This document shows positions 20,112 through 30,231 of a DNA stretch of 64,000 bases, piece by piece (position 1 is the first letter of the stretch; each line of letters starts with the position of its first letter). The notes under the pieces were generated by a model. That model did not search any database. It was not told the origin of the DNA and saw nothing but the letters and a program-made list of their open reading frames with translations. The stretch spans positions 800,001-864,000 of the forward strand of contig OZ243956.1 in assembly GCA_965214405.1 (NCBI GenBank). The letters run 5' to 3'. This DNA comes from Trueperaceae bacterium. GTDB taxonomy: Bacteria; Deinococcota; Deinococci; Deinococcales; Trueperaceae. The position numbers and the translations under genes are program-made.

Positions 20112-20432
20112 TTAGAACATCCCCTCGAGTCCGCCCATACCGCCCAGGCCGCCCATCGCCGAGCCCATTTCGGTTTCTTGGAGTTCTTTGACCTTGCGCT
20201 GGGCTTCGTTGACCGCGGCGGTGACTAAGTCCTCGAGCAAATCCACGTCGTCCGGGTCCACCGCGCTCTTGTCGATCGTCACGCCCGTGATGGAACCGTC
20301 GCCGCTCGCGGTCACGGTTACCAGGCCGCCGCCCGCAGAGCCCTCGACGGAGAGTGAAGCAAGCTTCTCCTGCGCCTCCGCCATCTTGCGCTGCGCCTTT
20401 TGGGCCTCTTTCATGAGTTTTTGGATGTTCAT
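20112..20432 (-). CDS. ybaB: YbaB/EbfC nucleoid-associated protein
   Basis: MNIQKLMKEAQK, GSAGGGLV and LEDLVTAAVNEA; dnaX-ybaB-recR synteny; AAGGAG RBS. Confidence 0.95.
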   Translation of the reverse strand: MNIQKLMKEAQKAQRKMAEAQEKLASLSVEGSAGGGLVTVTASGDGSITGVTIDKSAVDPDDVDLLEDLVTAAVNEAQRKVKELQETEMGSAMGGLGGMGGLEGMF

Positions 20433-20461
20433 GGGTCTCCTTTTGAGGGTGGGTGTGGGGG

Positions 20462-21001
20462 TCAAGCCGCGCCTTCTTCACCAAATTGTAACGTTTCTTG
20501 CACCGCTTCCTCCGTAACGTCGCTTTCATCCTCCACACCCGCCTCCTGCCACTCGACGACGTGACCCGGAAAAAGACTTTGCAGGACGGCGAAGCGCGGG
20601 TCGGCCTCTAACCCCCCTTCCTCACGCGCGGCTTCCTCGGGCGGTTTGGCGGACGCTGCCGGTTCCGAGGGTGGTAAATCGTCCCAAAAGTCAGGCGGGA
20701 GGTCGTCTCGAGGAAGCGGTTCCCCCACGGCGTCGGGTGCGGCGTCAAGTGGGGGCGCAGCGGCGGGAGCCGCGTCAGGCGGTGTTGAAGGCGGTGTTGC
20801 GGGAGGTGACAGGGTAGGCGGTTCGGTGGGGGGCGGCTCGAGCGGCGCGTGAGACTCCGGGGGTGGGGTCAGCACTTCTTTTTCTCGAGCGGTTTCTTGG
20901 AGCTCGAGCGCGGGTTCAGCAGTGGGCTGAGGCGTGGGTTGTGTGGACTCAGGTTTGGGCGGGGTCGGAGCGGCTTGTTTTTTTGGCCGCTCCGTTAGAG
21001 C
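20462..21001 (-). CDS. dnaX: -1 frame C-terminal extension of DnaX (tau-specific part)
   Basis: The -1 frame is open from the slippery site (KKALTERPKKQ...) through ORF 20462..20875. It encodes a Pro-rich linker, then DPRFAVLQSLFPGHVV. Confidence 0.8.
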   Translation of the reverse strand, partial: ALTERPKKQAAPTPPKPESTQPTPQPTAEPALELQETAREKEVLTPPPESHAPLEPPPTEPPTLSPPATPPSTPPDAAPAAAPPLDAAPDAVGEPLPRDDLPPDFWDDLPPSEPAASAKPPEEAAREEGGLEADPRFAVLQSLFPGHVVEWQEAGVEDESDVTEEAVQETLQFGEEGAA

Positions 21002-21022
21002 TTTTTTCGGACCGTCTCCCCC
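20966..21022 (-). promoter_or_regulatory. programmed -1 ribosomal frameshift cassette
   Basis: GGGGGAG, 8 nt, A_AAA_AAG (21007-21001), 6 nt, then a perfect 9-bp stem CGGAGCGGC/GCCGCTCCG. Confidence 0.85.
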
Positions 21023-22497
21023 GGACCGACGATGTGAACGACGGCCCCGTCGCCGACAACTTGCGCGGTGAGCGCGCCGAGTTCGTCTTGGCGCTTTTTG
21101 AGTTGCTCGAAGTGGAATTTGTGCGTTTCCGGAAACCGCAAATAGATGTCGTAGCCGTCCACCTCGGCCTGCGCGGGCATCATGAACGCCTTGAGTTGGG
21201 CGCTCGCCTTGGTTAGAACCGTGTGCCAGTTGATTTTTGGAGGTTCGTCCCCTCCGGGCGTCGTGGCTGCCGGGGGAGGTGTTGAGGGCGGGTTTGGAGG
21301 AGAGGCGGGCGCTCGAGCCGGTGTTCTGGCGGGCGGCGGGGGCGTGGTGCCGCGGCCCGTCGGGTCGAAGTCGGGGAGTGCAGATTGAGGTTCCGTGGTT
21401 CTTTGGGAGGCTCGAGCCTGACGTTCCTCAAGTGGCGCGACCGCCTCACGCGGGACGTTGTGGTTGGTCGCGTTCATCGCCTTGATGAGGGCGACCTCGA
21501 GCGAGAAGAGATCGTCCCGCCGCACAAAACGTTCATCCTCATCGTCGAGCGCGTGGATGGCGCGTAAGAGGTCTTTTTGCTCTATCGGCAAGGTGAAACC
21601 GTCGCCCACGCCGACCATGCTGTAAAGCGCGTCGCGTAGGGTTGTTTTTAAGTGCTCGGAGAGCGAGCGCGGCGCGAAGCCGTCGCGGTAGAGGCTCCCT
21701 GCGAGTTCAAAGAGTGCGGCGAGGTCGCCGTTCACCAGATACTCCGCCAACGCCTGCATCCGCTCCTTGGGCGGCAGGCCGAGCGCGTCCTCTGCGTCCC
21801 CCCTAGTAATCGGCTCGCCGGAGGTGAGCAAACGCTCCAAAAGCGATTCGGCGTCCCTCATCGCGCCGTCGGCGGCGCGCGCGACGAGGCGCACCGCCTC
21901 GTCTTCGGCGTGTACGCCCGCGGCCTCGCAAAGGCGCGCAACCTTGCCCGCAATTTCGTCTTCGGAAAGGCGGCGGAAGCGGAAGTGCTGGCAGCGCGAG
22001 AGAATCGTGGGCGGCAGCTTTTCGGGCTCGGTGGTGGCGAGGATGAAGACGAGGCCGGGCGGGGGCTCCTCGAGCGTCTTCAAAAGCGCGTTCGAGGCCG
22101 ACTTGCTGAGCATGTGCGCCTCGTCCAAGACCCAAACACGCCTACCGCCCCGGATGCTCGCCAAGCGCACCTTTTCACGCAGGTCACGAATATCTTCAAC
22201 CGAGTTGTTGCTCGCCGCGTCGAGTTCGGTCACGTCGGGGTGGTTGCCGCGCCGCACCAACAGGCACGACTCGCACTCGCCGCAGGGCCGCTCCTTGGGA
22301 TTTTCGCGTTCGCAGTTGACCGCCATCGCCAGGAGGCGCGCCGTGGTCGTTTTGCCCACGCCGCGCGGCCCCGAAAAGAGGTATGCGTGACCAATGCGCC
22401 CCTTCGACAGCGCGGCGACGAGCACGCTCTTCACGTGCTCCTGGCCCACCACGCCCTCGAAGGTGATGGGTCTCGCTTGTTGATAAATCGCCGTCAT
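20995..22497 (-). CDS. dnaX: DNA polymerase III subunit gamma/tau (zero-frame short product)
   Basis: GPRGVGKTT, CGECESC, ELDAASN, LDEAH, ALLKTLEEPP and SRC motifs. Confidence 0.97.
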   Translation of the reverse strand: MTAIYQQARPITFEGVVGQEHVKSVLVAALSKGRIGHAYLFSGPRGVGKTTTARLLAMAVNCERENPKERPCGECESCLLVRRGNHPDVTELDAASNNSVEDIRDLREKVRLASIRGGRRVWVLDEAHMLSKSASNALLKTLEEPPPGLVFILATTEPEKLPPTILSRCQHFRFRRLSEDEIAGKVARLCEAAGVHAEDEAVRLVARAADGAMRDAESLLERLLTSGEPITRGDAEDALGLPPKERMQALAEYLVNGDLAALFELAGSLYRDGFAPRSLSEHLKTTLRDALYSMVGVGDGFTLPIEQKDLLRAIHALDDEDERFVRRDDLFSLEVALIKAMNATNHNVPREAVAPLEERQARASQRTTEPQSALPDFDPTGRGTTPPPPARTPARAPASPPNPPSTPPPAATTPGGDEPPKINWHTVLTKASAQLKAFMMPAQAEVDGYDIYLRFPETHKFHFEQLKKRQDELGALTAQVVGDGAVVHIVGPGETVRKKL

Positions 22498-22615
22498 CGA
22501 GCCTCCATGCTACCACCCCAGCGGGGTCCACAAAGACGCCGATTTGACGCGCCCTTTTCAAAATGGATGAGGTATGCTGAACCGCACATGAGGTTGAGAT
22601 GGTGAAACTTCTCCG

Positions 22616-23833
22616 GTGATTCCTTTCGTCTTCTCCGCACTCGGCGATAAACCGTGGTTTGGGGCGCTCGTAAAGCTTCAACGGGTGCTCGCTGAAAGGG
22701 ACAAAGACGCGGCGCTCGAGGCTTACACCCTTCTCTACCGCGCCCTGCAAGAAACCGCGCCCGACCTCCCCACCGCGGTGAGCGAGGCGCTGTTGTGGGA
22801 GGACTCGAGCCTCGCCCACACCGTAATGATTTCAGGCGCAGATTTAGACGTGCCCGCCGGTCTCAAAGAGGGCGCGCTTCAAGACCTTGAATCCCTCCTC
22901 ACCCTCTCCCAGCGCAACTGGCAAGGGGAAGCGACGCGCCTCCTTAACCGCGGGCTGCCGCCCCTTTCCGGGCTCTCTAGTCGCGTGCCGGAGGAGCGGG
23001 TGGCGACGCTCGCACGTTCGTTGGAGGGCGGGGACGCGCGTTGGTTGTTGGGGAGATTGCTCGAGCATTACCGCTCGAACGGCGCGGGCATCCTCGCACG
23101 GTTTCGCGCCTTTCGCTGGGTGGGCGGGACGTTCCAAGGCGTCGCCCACCCCGCCGAGCTGGAGATGGAAGGTCTGGTGGGATTGGGGCGCCCCCTGGGT
23201 CTCCTCACCACCAACGTCGAGGCGTTTTTAGAAGGTAAACCCGCGCAGCACACGCTCCTTTACGGGCCGCGCGGCTCGGGCAAGTCCACGGCGGTCAAGA
23301 GCCTTCTACCCCGCTACGCCGCGCGCGGGCTTCGTCTGGTCGAACTCCCGCCCGCCGCGCTGCCCGATTTGCCGGAGGTCATCGAGGGTTTGCGCGGGCG
23401 ACCTCAGCGGTTTGTGCTTTTTGTGGATGACTTAAGTTTTGGGGAGGATGATACCTTTGCGCCCCTCAAGACGCTGCTCGAGGGCTCGCTCGTCAGCCGT
23501 CCCGTCAACATTCTGGTCTGCGCCACCTCGAACCGCCGCCACCTCGTCAAGGAGAGCTTTTCGGACCGGCCCGACCCGCTCAACGACGATGTCCACGGCT
23601 GGGACACGCAGAACGAACGCCTGGCGCTCGCGGACCGCTTCGGCCTCACCCTCACTTTTCCGAACGCGACGCAGGCGCGCTTTCTGGACATCGTGCGGGG
23701 GCTCGCGGTGCAAGAAGGGCTGACGCTCCCCGATTTGGAGGCTCGAGCGGTGCGCTTTGCGGAGTGGGGCAACGGCTATTCGGGGAGGACGGCGCAGCAG
23801 TTTATTGACGGACTCAAGGCCGAACTAGCGTAG
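22616..23833 (+). CDS. DUF815 family AAA+ ATP-binding protein
   Basis: GPRGSGKST, FVDDLSF, LKTLLEG, ATSNRRHL, LADRFG and SGRTAQQF motifs. Confidence 0.9.
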   Translation: MIPFVFSALGDKPWFGALVKLQRVLAERDKDAALEAYTLLYRALQETAPDLPTAVSEALLWEDSSLAHTVMISGADLDVPAGLKEGALQDLESLLTLSQRNWQGEATRLLNRGLPPLSGLSSRVPEERVATLARSLEGGDARWLLGRLLEHYRSNGAGILARFRAFRWVGGTFQGVAHPAELEMEGLVGLGRPLGLLTTNVEAFLEGKPAQHTLLYGPRGSGKSTAVKSLLPRYAARGLRLVELPPAALPDLPEVIEGLRGRPQRFVLFVDDLSFGEDDTFAPLKTLLEGSLVSRPVNILVCATSNRRHLVKESFSDRPDPLNDDVHGWDTQNERLALADRFGLTLTFPNATQARFLDIVRGLAVQEGLTLPDLEARAVRFAEWGNGYSGRTAQQFIDGLKAELA

Positions 23834-24574
23834 CCAGCCCTCGAGCCACCTTTCAGCGTAGGGCATTATGCTCGAGCGCGCCGCCCCAATAAGAGGCGTC
23901 ACGTCATAAGGAACGCGCCGGAAGGTGACGCTCGGCTGTCCGTGAACGGTTTCCACAAGCGCATATTCCGCCCAATGCGGATTGACGACCTCGACCTTTT
24001 CCTTTGCAACCTGAGCGTACAAAAAAGGAAGCCCGACGCTTCCCGGATTGATAAGAAGGCCGTCTTTGTAACGCCGCAGAAGTTGCGTGTGCGTGTGACC
24101 GCCCGCCATGACTTGAGCTTTTTCGCCCGCGAAAAATTCGTCTAACGTCTCTTCTGGTGTGGCCGCTTTAATGATGTCATTGTAGGAGCGGGGCGAGCCG
24201 TGGAAGAGGAGCGCCGAAACGCCGTCTATCTCTAGTTTTATGGTTGGCTGAAAGGTGCGGATGTAATGTTGGTCCTCCTCGGTGAGCTGTTCGGCGCACC
24301 AGTTCTCGACGGCGAGGAAGAAGGGCGTGTCGTCGGTGGGGTTTTCGATGCTCTCCAAGGTGGGCGGCTGCAAAAGCGACGCGTCGGTGTTGCCCATGAC
24401 GGTGGGGAAGTCCAGTTCTTTAAGCTTTGTCAACGTTTCGTGCGGTTGCGGGCCGAAATTCGCCACGTCGCCCAAAAGGACGGTTTGGTCGGGTGTGGTG
24501 GTTTCAAAATCTTGTAGAACGGCGGTAAGCGCACTTAAATTACCGTGTACATCCGAAATGACGGCGAGTCTCAT
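23825..24574 (-). CDS. metallophosphoesterase family protein
   Basis: SDVHGN, LGD, GNTD, HGSP, GHTH and NPGSVG motifs. Confidence 0.92.
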   Translation of the reverse strand: MRLAVISDVHGNLSALTAVLQDFETTTPDQTVLLGDVANFGPQPHETLTKLKELDFPTVMGNTDASLLQPPTLESIENPTDDTPFFLAVENWCAEQLTEEDQHYIRTFQPTIKLEIDGVSALLFHGSPRSYNDIIKAATPEETLDEFFAGEKAQVMAGGHTHTQLLRRYKDGLLINPGSVGLPFLYAQVAKEKVEVVNPHWAEYALVETVHGQPSVTFRRVPYDVTPLIGAARSSIMPYAERWLEGWLR

Positions 24575-24583
24575 GACACCTCC

Positions 24584-26488
24584 TCAAGGTTCGCGGTTGA
24601 CCGTCTCGGCTGGTGGGGTTAACTGCGCGAGCCCCGCCCCCAGCGCGTACATATCGCCTCGAGTGAGGGTGCCTGCGGGGAAGAAATCTTCCGGCACCAG
24701 CCCGCGCGCCTTTAGTGCGGTCCAGCTCCTTTCGACGCAGACACCGAGCTTACACGCGGCGTCGTGGGTCACGGCGAGCGCCAGGTCGGGCGTGAGCGGT
24801 TCGGAGCCGACTTGGTAGGTGGAAACGAGGTGTTTGCCAAGCTCAAAGTCTCCCAAAAACCGTTGACCGATGTTGCTGAGCAGGTAAACATAACCGAGCG
24901 CGGGCACCGTCTCGTCAAGTTTGGGGTCGTTGCCGTAGCCGCCCAGGGCCAAGCCGCGGCTTAGGAGCAGGCGGTAGCTCGAGTAGTCCGGGTGAGTGGC
25001 AGGACCCAGAGGCGCGCGCGCTTGTAGGGAGGGAAGATAAGCGCCGCGCCCCAGCAGCCTCGAGCGCACCCCCGCCACAAAAAAGGGATCGTCCGCCGCG
25101 TCTTGAGGCGAAACGCCCAACGCCGCCGCTCGAGCCGCCGCCACGCCCACCGCCTCCCCAACGGCCATACCGAAAGGGACGACGCGGGCTGAAGAGGCCG
25201 CCAGCGGGTCGTAACCCGCCGCCTTGCCAACGACCCAAAGACCGTCTATACCCTCGGGCACATTCATACAGAGCCGCGCGCCGTAGACCTCGGGCGTGCC
25301 GTAGACGTAGCCGTTATCGTGCGGGGTCAGGGTTTGTACGTCCAGGGGATAGCCGCCCGCCGCCACATCCTCGTTCGTCACGCGGTTGTCGAACACGTCG
25401 TCGGTGGTGAGGGTGCAGCGCGTGGTGACGTGCCTGCTGTCGCGGATGTAGAGCGTCTCGGCCACGCCGCCGAAGCGGGCGCGTGCGAAACCCGGTATCT
25501 CTTTTCTGAGATAGTCCACTACTCGAGGGGCTTCTCGAGCCGCCCTCGCATACCCCTCAGCGACGCTTACTGGGTCGGTGAAGTCGATATCGTAAATCAG
25601 CAACGCGTTAACCAATACCGAGCCGTCGTCTTGCCGCCCCAAGTTGAGGCCGCGCAGGCGCAGGCCGGGTTCCTGAGCCTCATAAGCCGCCGGGTAGCCG
25701 CCGAAGTGGCCCCAGGCCACGTGCGCGTCCACCTCGGCGTAGATTTTTCCGCGGGCCTCAACGCCACGCGTGAGCCCCGACCAGTCCACGCCTTCGATTC
25801 GAAAAACGAGCGTGTCGGCCATGCGTTCATTCAGGCCGAGTGAGGCGAAGCCGACTGTATAAGCCGCACCTGCCGCCGCGGAGAGGTCGGCGTCGGCGGT
25901 GGCGTCTATCACACTTTTTGCGCCGAAAGTCTCTCCGTCTACCGCCACGCCCGTCACGCGCCCGTTGTTTACGAGCGGCTGAACGTCTCTCGCGTCGCGT
26001 TCTACCGCCACGCCCGCCTCGGCGAGCATCGCCCCGAAGGCACTCTCCGCCCGCGCCACGTCAAACGCGTGGCCGAGGCCCACACGCCGCCACCACTCCA
26101 AAAAGAGTCCGCGCTGGTAGAGTTCGGGTTTGGTCCGCAGGTCGAGCGAGTTCATCTCGCCCATCACAAAAAGCCCGCCCACCCTGGGGTCGCGGGTGAC
26201 GAGCAGCGTTTTCGCACCTTCTTCGGCGGCGGCCACCGCGGCAACGACGCCCTCGGGTTCGCTGCCGACGATGATGACGTCGTAGAAATGGGGAGAAGGT
26301 GTTATCGTGGTCTCGAGCCCCTCAACCTCCACCCTTTCACCCGCGCCACCCCCGCTCATATCAACGCCACTCATATCAACCCCACCCCTTCCGGGCGGAA
26401 GGGTTTGCTGCGCGTTTGCGGTGAGGAGGGGCGGGAGCAGAAAAACCAGCGTCGCGGCGAACAGGGCTCGAGAGCGAGCGAAAAACAT
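24584..26488 (-). CDS. exported FAD-dependent oxidoreductase (FAD_oxidored family)
   Basis: Signal peptide, DVIIVGSEPEGVVAAVAAA, IDATADAD, GYPLD, SARV and GEAVG. Confidence 0.85.
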   Translation of the reverse strand: MFFARSRALFAATLVFLLPPLLTANAQQTLPPGRGGVDMSGVDMSGGGAGERVEVEGLETTITPSPHFYDVIIVGSEPEGVVAAVAAAEEGAKTLLVTRDPRVGGLFVMGEMNSLDLRTKPELYQRGLFLEWWRRVGLGHAFDVARAESAFGAMLAEAGVAVERDARDVQPLVNNGRVTGVAVDGETFGAKSVIDATADADLSAAAGAAYTVGFASLGLNERMADTLVFRIEGVDWSGLTRGVEARGKIYAEVDAHVAWGHFGGYPAAYEAQEPGLRLRGLNLGRQDDGSVLVNALLIYDIDFTDPVSVAEGYARAAREAPRVVDYLRKEIPGFARARFGGVAETLYIRDSRHVTTRCTLTTDDVFDNRVTNEDVAAGGYPLDVQTLTPHDNGYVYGTPEVYGARLCMNVPEGIDGLWVVGKAAGYDPLAASSARVVPFGMAVGEAVGVAAARAAALGVSPQDAADDPFFVAGVRSRLLGRGAYLPSLQARAPLGPATHPDYSSYRLLLSRGLALGGYGNDPKLDETVPALGYVYLLSNIGQRFLGDFELGKHLVSTYQVGSEPLTPDLALAVTHDAACKLGVCVERSWTALKARGLVPEDFFPAGTLTRGDMYALGAGLAQLTPPAETVNREP

Positions 26489-26535
26489 AACGCTAATGTA
26501 ACCCCTCCTTTGGGAGAAACATGTGGACTGCGGCT

Positions 26536-27696
26536 TTACAAGGTTTCAGCAAGAAGCGAATGGACAACCCTTTCGGCGGCGTCCGGTTTGGCGAGCGCGT
26601 GCGCGGCGGCGCGCATGGCCTCGCGGCGGGCGGGGTCTTCTAAAAAGCCTTTGAGTTTGTGCGAAAAGAGCGTGAGCGGTTCGACGCGTAAAGCGGCGCC
26701 GTGCTCGAGCAAAAAGTTGGTATTGGCCTCCTCCTGGAGCGGGTAGGGCTGCACCACCGCGAAAGGCAAGCCCGCCGCCAGGGCCTCGGAGGTGGTAAGC
26801 CCGCCCGGTTTGCCGACCATGAGGTCGGCGGCGGCCATGTGGCAGGGCACCTCGCGCACGAAGCCCAAAACCTGGAAGTGGACGAGACCGCCGTAGGTCT
26901 CAGTCTGTTTTTCGGGATGGTCCTCGAGCGTCCCCTTGACCGCGTTTACCAGTTCGCCGGAGCGCCCGCAGATGATCACGACCGTGAGCGGCCAGCTAAA
27001 ACTCTTGAGCTGCGTGACGAGCGCGCCGAGGGTTTTGCTGTCGAGCCCCCCGGCCATCACGAGGAGCACGTCGCGCGCCCCGGACAGAGAAAGCGCCTCC
27101 CTGGCTTCTTTTTTGGAGGGCAGCGCCGCAAACCGCGCGTCGATGGGCACACCCGTGACCCGCACCCGGTGGGGCGCGACCCCGGCGGCCTGCAGATGCA
27201 CCGCCACGTCGTCCGTTGCCACAAAGTAGCGGGCGACGTTGGGCTGGAGCCATAACGAGTGCGCCGCGAAATCCGTGACCACCACCGTTTGGGGCGCGGC
27301 GAGTTTGCCGCCCAAGGTGCTGAGGATTTCGGGGGGCAAAAAATGCGTGTGAACGATCACGTCGGGCGCGTAGGCGCGAATCAGCCGGGGCAGTTTATAC
27401 GAGACCAAACGCGTGAGCCGCGCGCGCACCCTTTCGCGGCGCGTCTTGTCCTCGCGGGGCACCCGGTCCATCCGCTTGCCGAGCCAGTCGACTAAGTCGG
27501 GCGCGGTGCGAACCAAGTCAAAATAGGTCCGTTCGTAAAGCTTTCTAAAGGGCGCGGTGGTGTAGTCGAGCATGTCGACGTGCTTGACCTCGAGCCCACG
27601 GGCTTTCGCCGCCGCTTCTAAAGCCCGCGCCGCCGACACGTGACCGCCCCCGATAGAGGCCGACACGATGAGCACACGTTTGGGCGAGGTTGGCAT
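26536..27696 (-). CDS. MGDG synthase/UgtP-like diacylglycerol glycosyltransferase
   Basis: SASIGGGH, THF, VVTDF..H..W, KPGGLTTSEA and QEEAN motifs. Confidence 0.88.
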   Translation of the reverse strand: MPTSPKRVLIVSASIGGGHVSAARALEAAAKARGLEVKHVDMLDYTTAPFRKLYERTYFDLVRTAPDLVDWLGKRMDRVPREDKTRRERVRARLTRLVSYKLPRLIRAYAPDVIVHTHFLPPEILSTLGGKLAAPQTVVVTDFAAHSLWLQPNVARYFVATDDVAVHLQAAGVAPHRVRVTGVPIDARFAALPSKKEAREALSLSGARDVLLVMAGGLDSKTLGALVTQLKSFSWPLTVVIICGRSGELVNAVKGTLEDHPEKQTETYGGLVHFQVLGFVREVPCHMAAADLMVGKPGGLTTSEALAAGLPFAVVQPYPLQEEANTNFLLEHGAALRVEPLTLFSHKLKGFLEDPARREAMRAAAHALAKPDAAERVVHSLLAETL

Positions 27697-27788
27697 CAGA
27701 TGAGTGTAACAGGTGAGCACCCCGCCCGGACATGAAAAAAATACGCGCTTAGGGGAGGTTGACTCGTGAGCTCGAGGCCCGTCGGGAT

Positions 27789-28265
27789 TCACGGGTTCTT
27801 GAGAGGCTTGACCCACCATTCCGAAGCGACGGTGTAAGCGAGGTGTGACAGCATCTCCCGCTTGTCAGCGTCCAACTGCGCGCTCACCACCACCATCTGC
27901 GCGGCCCCGCGGGCGCGCGCCTCCGCCGCCACGGCGCTGAGCAACTTTTCACCGACGCTGCGCCAGGCTTCGTCTGCAACCACGAAGTCGTCAACGCTGC
28001 AGGTCAAGCCGCCGGGGTCATAGACCGGCGGCGCGGGTATGAGGCTGCCGATGATGAAGCCTTCGACGACGCCACCCTGTTCGTACACCAGACCGATGAC
28101 GTCTTCTCGCTCCAAAAGCTGAGCGAGAAAAGCCCGCTGCTTCTCGGCGGAATCGTCGGCCTTGCGCCAGAACACGGGCTGATACGACGCGTATTGAGCG
28201 CGTTTTTGCTCTGAGAGCGCGACGACGGCGGCAACGTCGGCCGGTCCGGCCTTCCTGATGCTCAT
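27789..28265 (-). CDS. GNAT family N-acetyltransferase
   Basis: IRKAGPADV, PPVYDPGG..VDDF and VGEKLL segments. Confidence 0.75.
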   Translation of the reverse strand: MSIRKAGPADVAAVVALSEQKRAQYASYQPVFWRKADDSAEKQRAFLAQLLEREDVIGLVYEQGGVVEGFIIGSLIPAPPVYDPGGLTCSVDDFVVADEAWRSVGEKLLSAVAAEARARGAAQMVVVSAQLDADKREMLSHLAYTVASEWWVKPLKNP

Positions 28266-28389
28266 GCAAACAGTATGACATGCCTGTATTGTATAGCTGA
28301 TTGCGTGGCTGGGAGCTGTTCTACCGCCTCTTAACGAAGCACTCACGGTCCCCCCGCCAAAGGGTGATAGCATACTTCAGGAGGTATGA

Positions 28390-29535
28390 ATGCGCTACGC
28401 CGCGCTACTCACAGTTTTTTTGCTACTTACGGGCTGCGTGCCTCAACAGGAGGACGCCTTGCGCCTTCACGATGTTTCGCTCTACAACGTTAGTAACGAC
28501 ACTAACGTCAATAACACGACCAGCAACACGCTCTACGGCTACTTTTACGGTGCCCCCACCCAAACGGCGGGCGTGACGGGTGGCGGGACGACGGGGGGAA
28601 GCGCGGCAAGCGCAACGAGCCTCACCGTCGGGGGACGCACGCTCGAGCTGACCGAGGGGACCCATAGCGCACCCCTGGCCGTCGAAAACGCCCTGCTGGT
28701 CAACGGCGAGCCTTACCTCAGCCAGCCGCTTGACGCCGTTCAAACGCCCTTCGAAGTAAGCCGCGTGCCCTTTTCGACCGACGTGGTCGTGCGTACGGGC
28801 GAGGGGTTGCAGGCGCTTCTCTATTGGGACGGCAACCGCTGGTTCACGCTGTTAAGCGACCCGCAGCCCGGCTTCGACGCGCGCGTGTCGCCTCAGGACC
28901 GCCCCGAGGGCTTGCGCGGGGCGGGTCAACTCACGCGGCAGGAGGCGGCGGCGTTTGAGGGCTTCTTCTCGAGCCGCGGCCCCCTGGTCGTGGGCGTGCT
29001 CGCAACGCCGCCCACCCGGCCCCGCTCCGTGGGCGGTCTGGACGAATATCTGCGCACCGCGCTGGTGGTGCAAGAGGGGCTCGAGACGGATACAAACATC
29101 ACCGTCACGCCCGTGCGCGAACTCGTCTGGGACGTTCTGGCGAGCGGCAACCAGGCCTCCGCGGGCGACACCGCGCAGTTTGAGATTGCCACGACGCAAG
29201 AAGCGTTCGTGCGCTTGTGGAACATGGCTTACGGCTCGCAGCTCACCCTGCCGCCGATTCCGCCCATCGACTTTCGCCGCGAGAGCGTGCTCGGCTTTTT
29301 TCTAGGCACCCGCTCCACAGGCGGCTACGGCGTCGAGGTGCGCGACGTGACCACCGAGGGCGGCGAATACTACGTCAACGTCCTCGTACGCGAGCCCGGC
29401 CCCGGCACCATCACCACCCAGGCCATCACCTCGCCCTGGGTGCTCGTCCGCGTGCCCCGCCCCGACATCAGCGTGGCGTGGTTTCGCTCCGCGGAGACGG
29501 GGGAGTTGATTGGGGTGGCGAGGGAGACGAAGTAG
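28390..29535 (+). CDS. lipoprotein with PrcB C-terminal domain
   Basis: Lipobox LTGC; IDF..E.V..FLG.RSTGGY.V and TQAITSP motifs. Confidence 0.8.
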   Translation: MRYAALLTVFLLLTGCVPQQEDALRLHDVSLYNVSNDTNVNNTTSNTLYGYFYGAPTQTAGVTGGGTTGGSAASATSLTVGGRTLELTEGTHSAPLAVENALLVNGEPYLSQPLDAVQTPFEVSRVPFSTDVVVRTGEGLQALLYWDGNRWFTLLSDPQPGFDARVSPQDRPEGLRGAGQLTRQEAAAFEGFFSSRGPLVVGVLATPPTRPRSVGGLDEYLRTALVVQEGLETDTNITVTPVRELVWDVLASGNQASAGDTAQFEIATTQEAFVRLWNMAYGSQLTLPPIPPIDFRRESVLGFFLGTRSTGGYGVEVRDVTTEGGEYYVNVLVREPGPGTITTQAITSPWVLVRVPRPDISVAWFRSAETGELIGVARETK

Positions 29536-29568
29536 AGGTGAGTGGGTGGCTCAGATTAGGAAATCAGA

Positions 29569-30231
29569 TTAGGAAACAAGACGCGCCTTCTCACGCCGCC
29601 GCACCAGCCACGACGCGCCGAGGCTCACCGCCAGCAGCCCCAACGAGGCGAGCAAGTACCACGCGTTAAAGGTCACGCGCGCCGCGCCCAGATCGCCCTC
29701 AACCGACGCGCCCACCAGCACGCCGGTTAGGAGGCCCGGCGCGCCACCCACGGCGGTTGCAAGGATGAACGCCGAAAACGAGATGCGTAAAAAGCCCGAG
29801 GCGTAGTTGATAAAGTCACCCGGAAGGGCGAGCAAGCGGCCCAGCAAGACGGTCTCAAAAGAGCGACTGCGTAAACGGGAGACGAAGTCTCCTTCGGCGC
29901 GCTCGAGCCCTCCCGCCCCAAAAAAGCGCCCAATCGCGTAAGCGAGCCCCGACGAGAGGAGCGTAGCGACCAGCGCGTAAAGCCCCCCCCACACCGCGCC
30001 GAAAAGAAAGCCCGAAGCAACGGTCAAAAAGGTCACCGGCAGGAGCGTGAGCGGCCTCACCAGATACGCCCCGAAAAGCACAAAAGGTGCCGCCGCGCTC
30101 CCGGGCGCGCGCTCCAACCATCCGCCGAGAAGTCCCAGAGGACTCACACCCCGGACGCGCGCCGCGACAAAAAGTGTGAGGAGGAGCGCGAGCCAGAAGC
30201 CGAGCACGGTAAAGCGTTGCCAGCGCGTCAT
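29569..30231 (-). CDS. TVP38/TMEM64 (VTT/DedA-like) membrane protein
   Basis: RPLTLLP, SGFLFG and RLLALPGDFINYASG motifs. Confidence 0.85.
   Translation of the reverse strand: MTRWQRFTVLGFWLALLLTLFVAARVRGVSPLGLLGGWLERAPGSAAAPFVLFGAYLVRPLTLLPVTFLTVASGFLFGAVWGGLYALVATLLSSGLAYAIGRFFGAGGLERAEGDFVSRLRSRSFETVLLGRLLALPGDFINYASGFLRISFSAFILATAVGGAPGLLTGVLVGASVEGDLGAARVTFNAWYLLASLGLLAVSLGASWLVRRREKARLVS

Noticed and set aside
21652..22605. 317-aa plus-strand ORF and many similar overlapping ORFs
   Set aside because: Antisense or alternative-frame shadows expected in GC-rich coding DNA.
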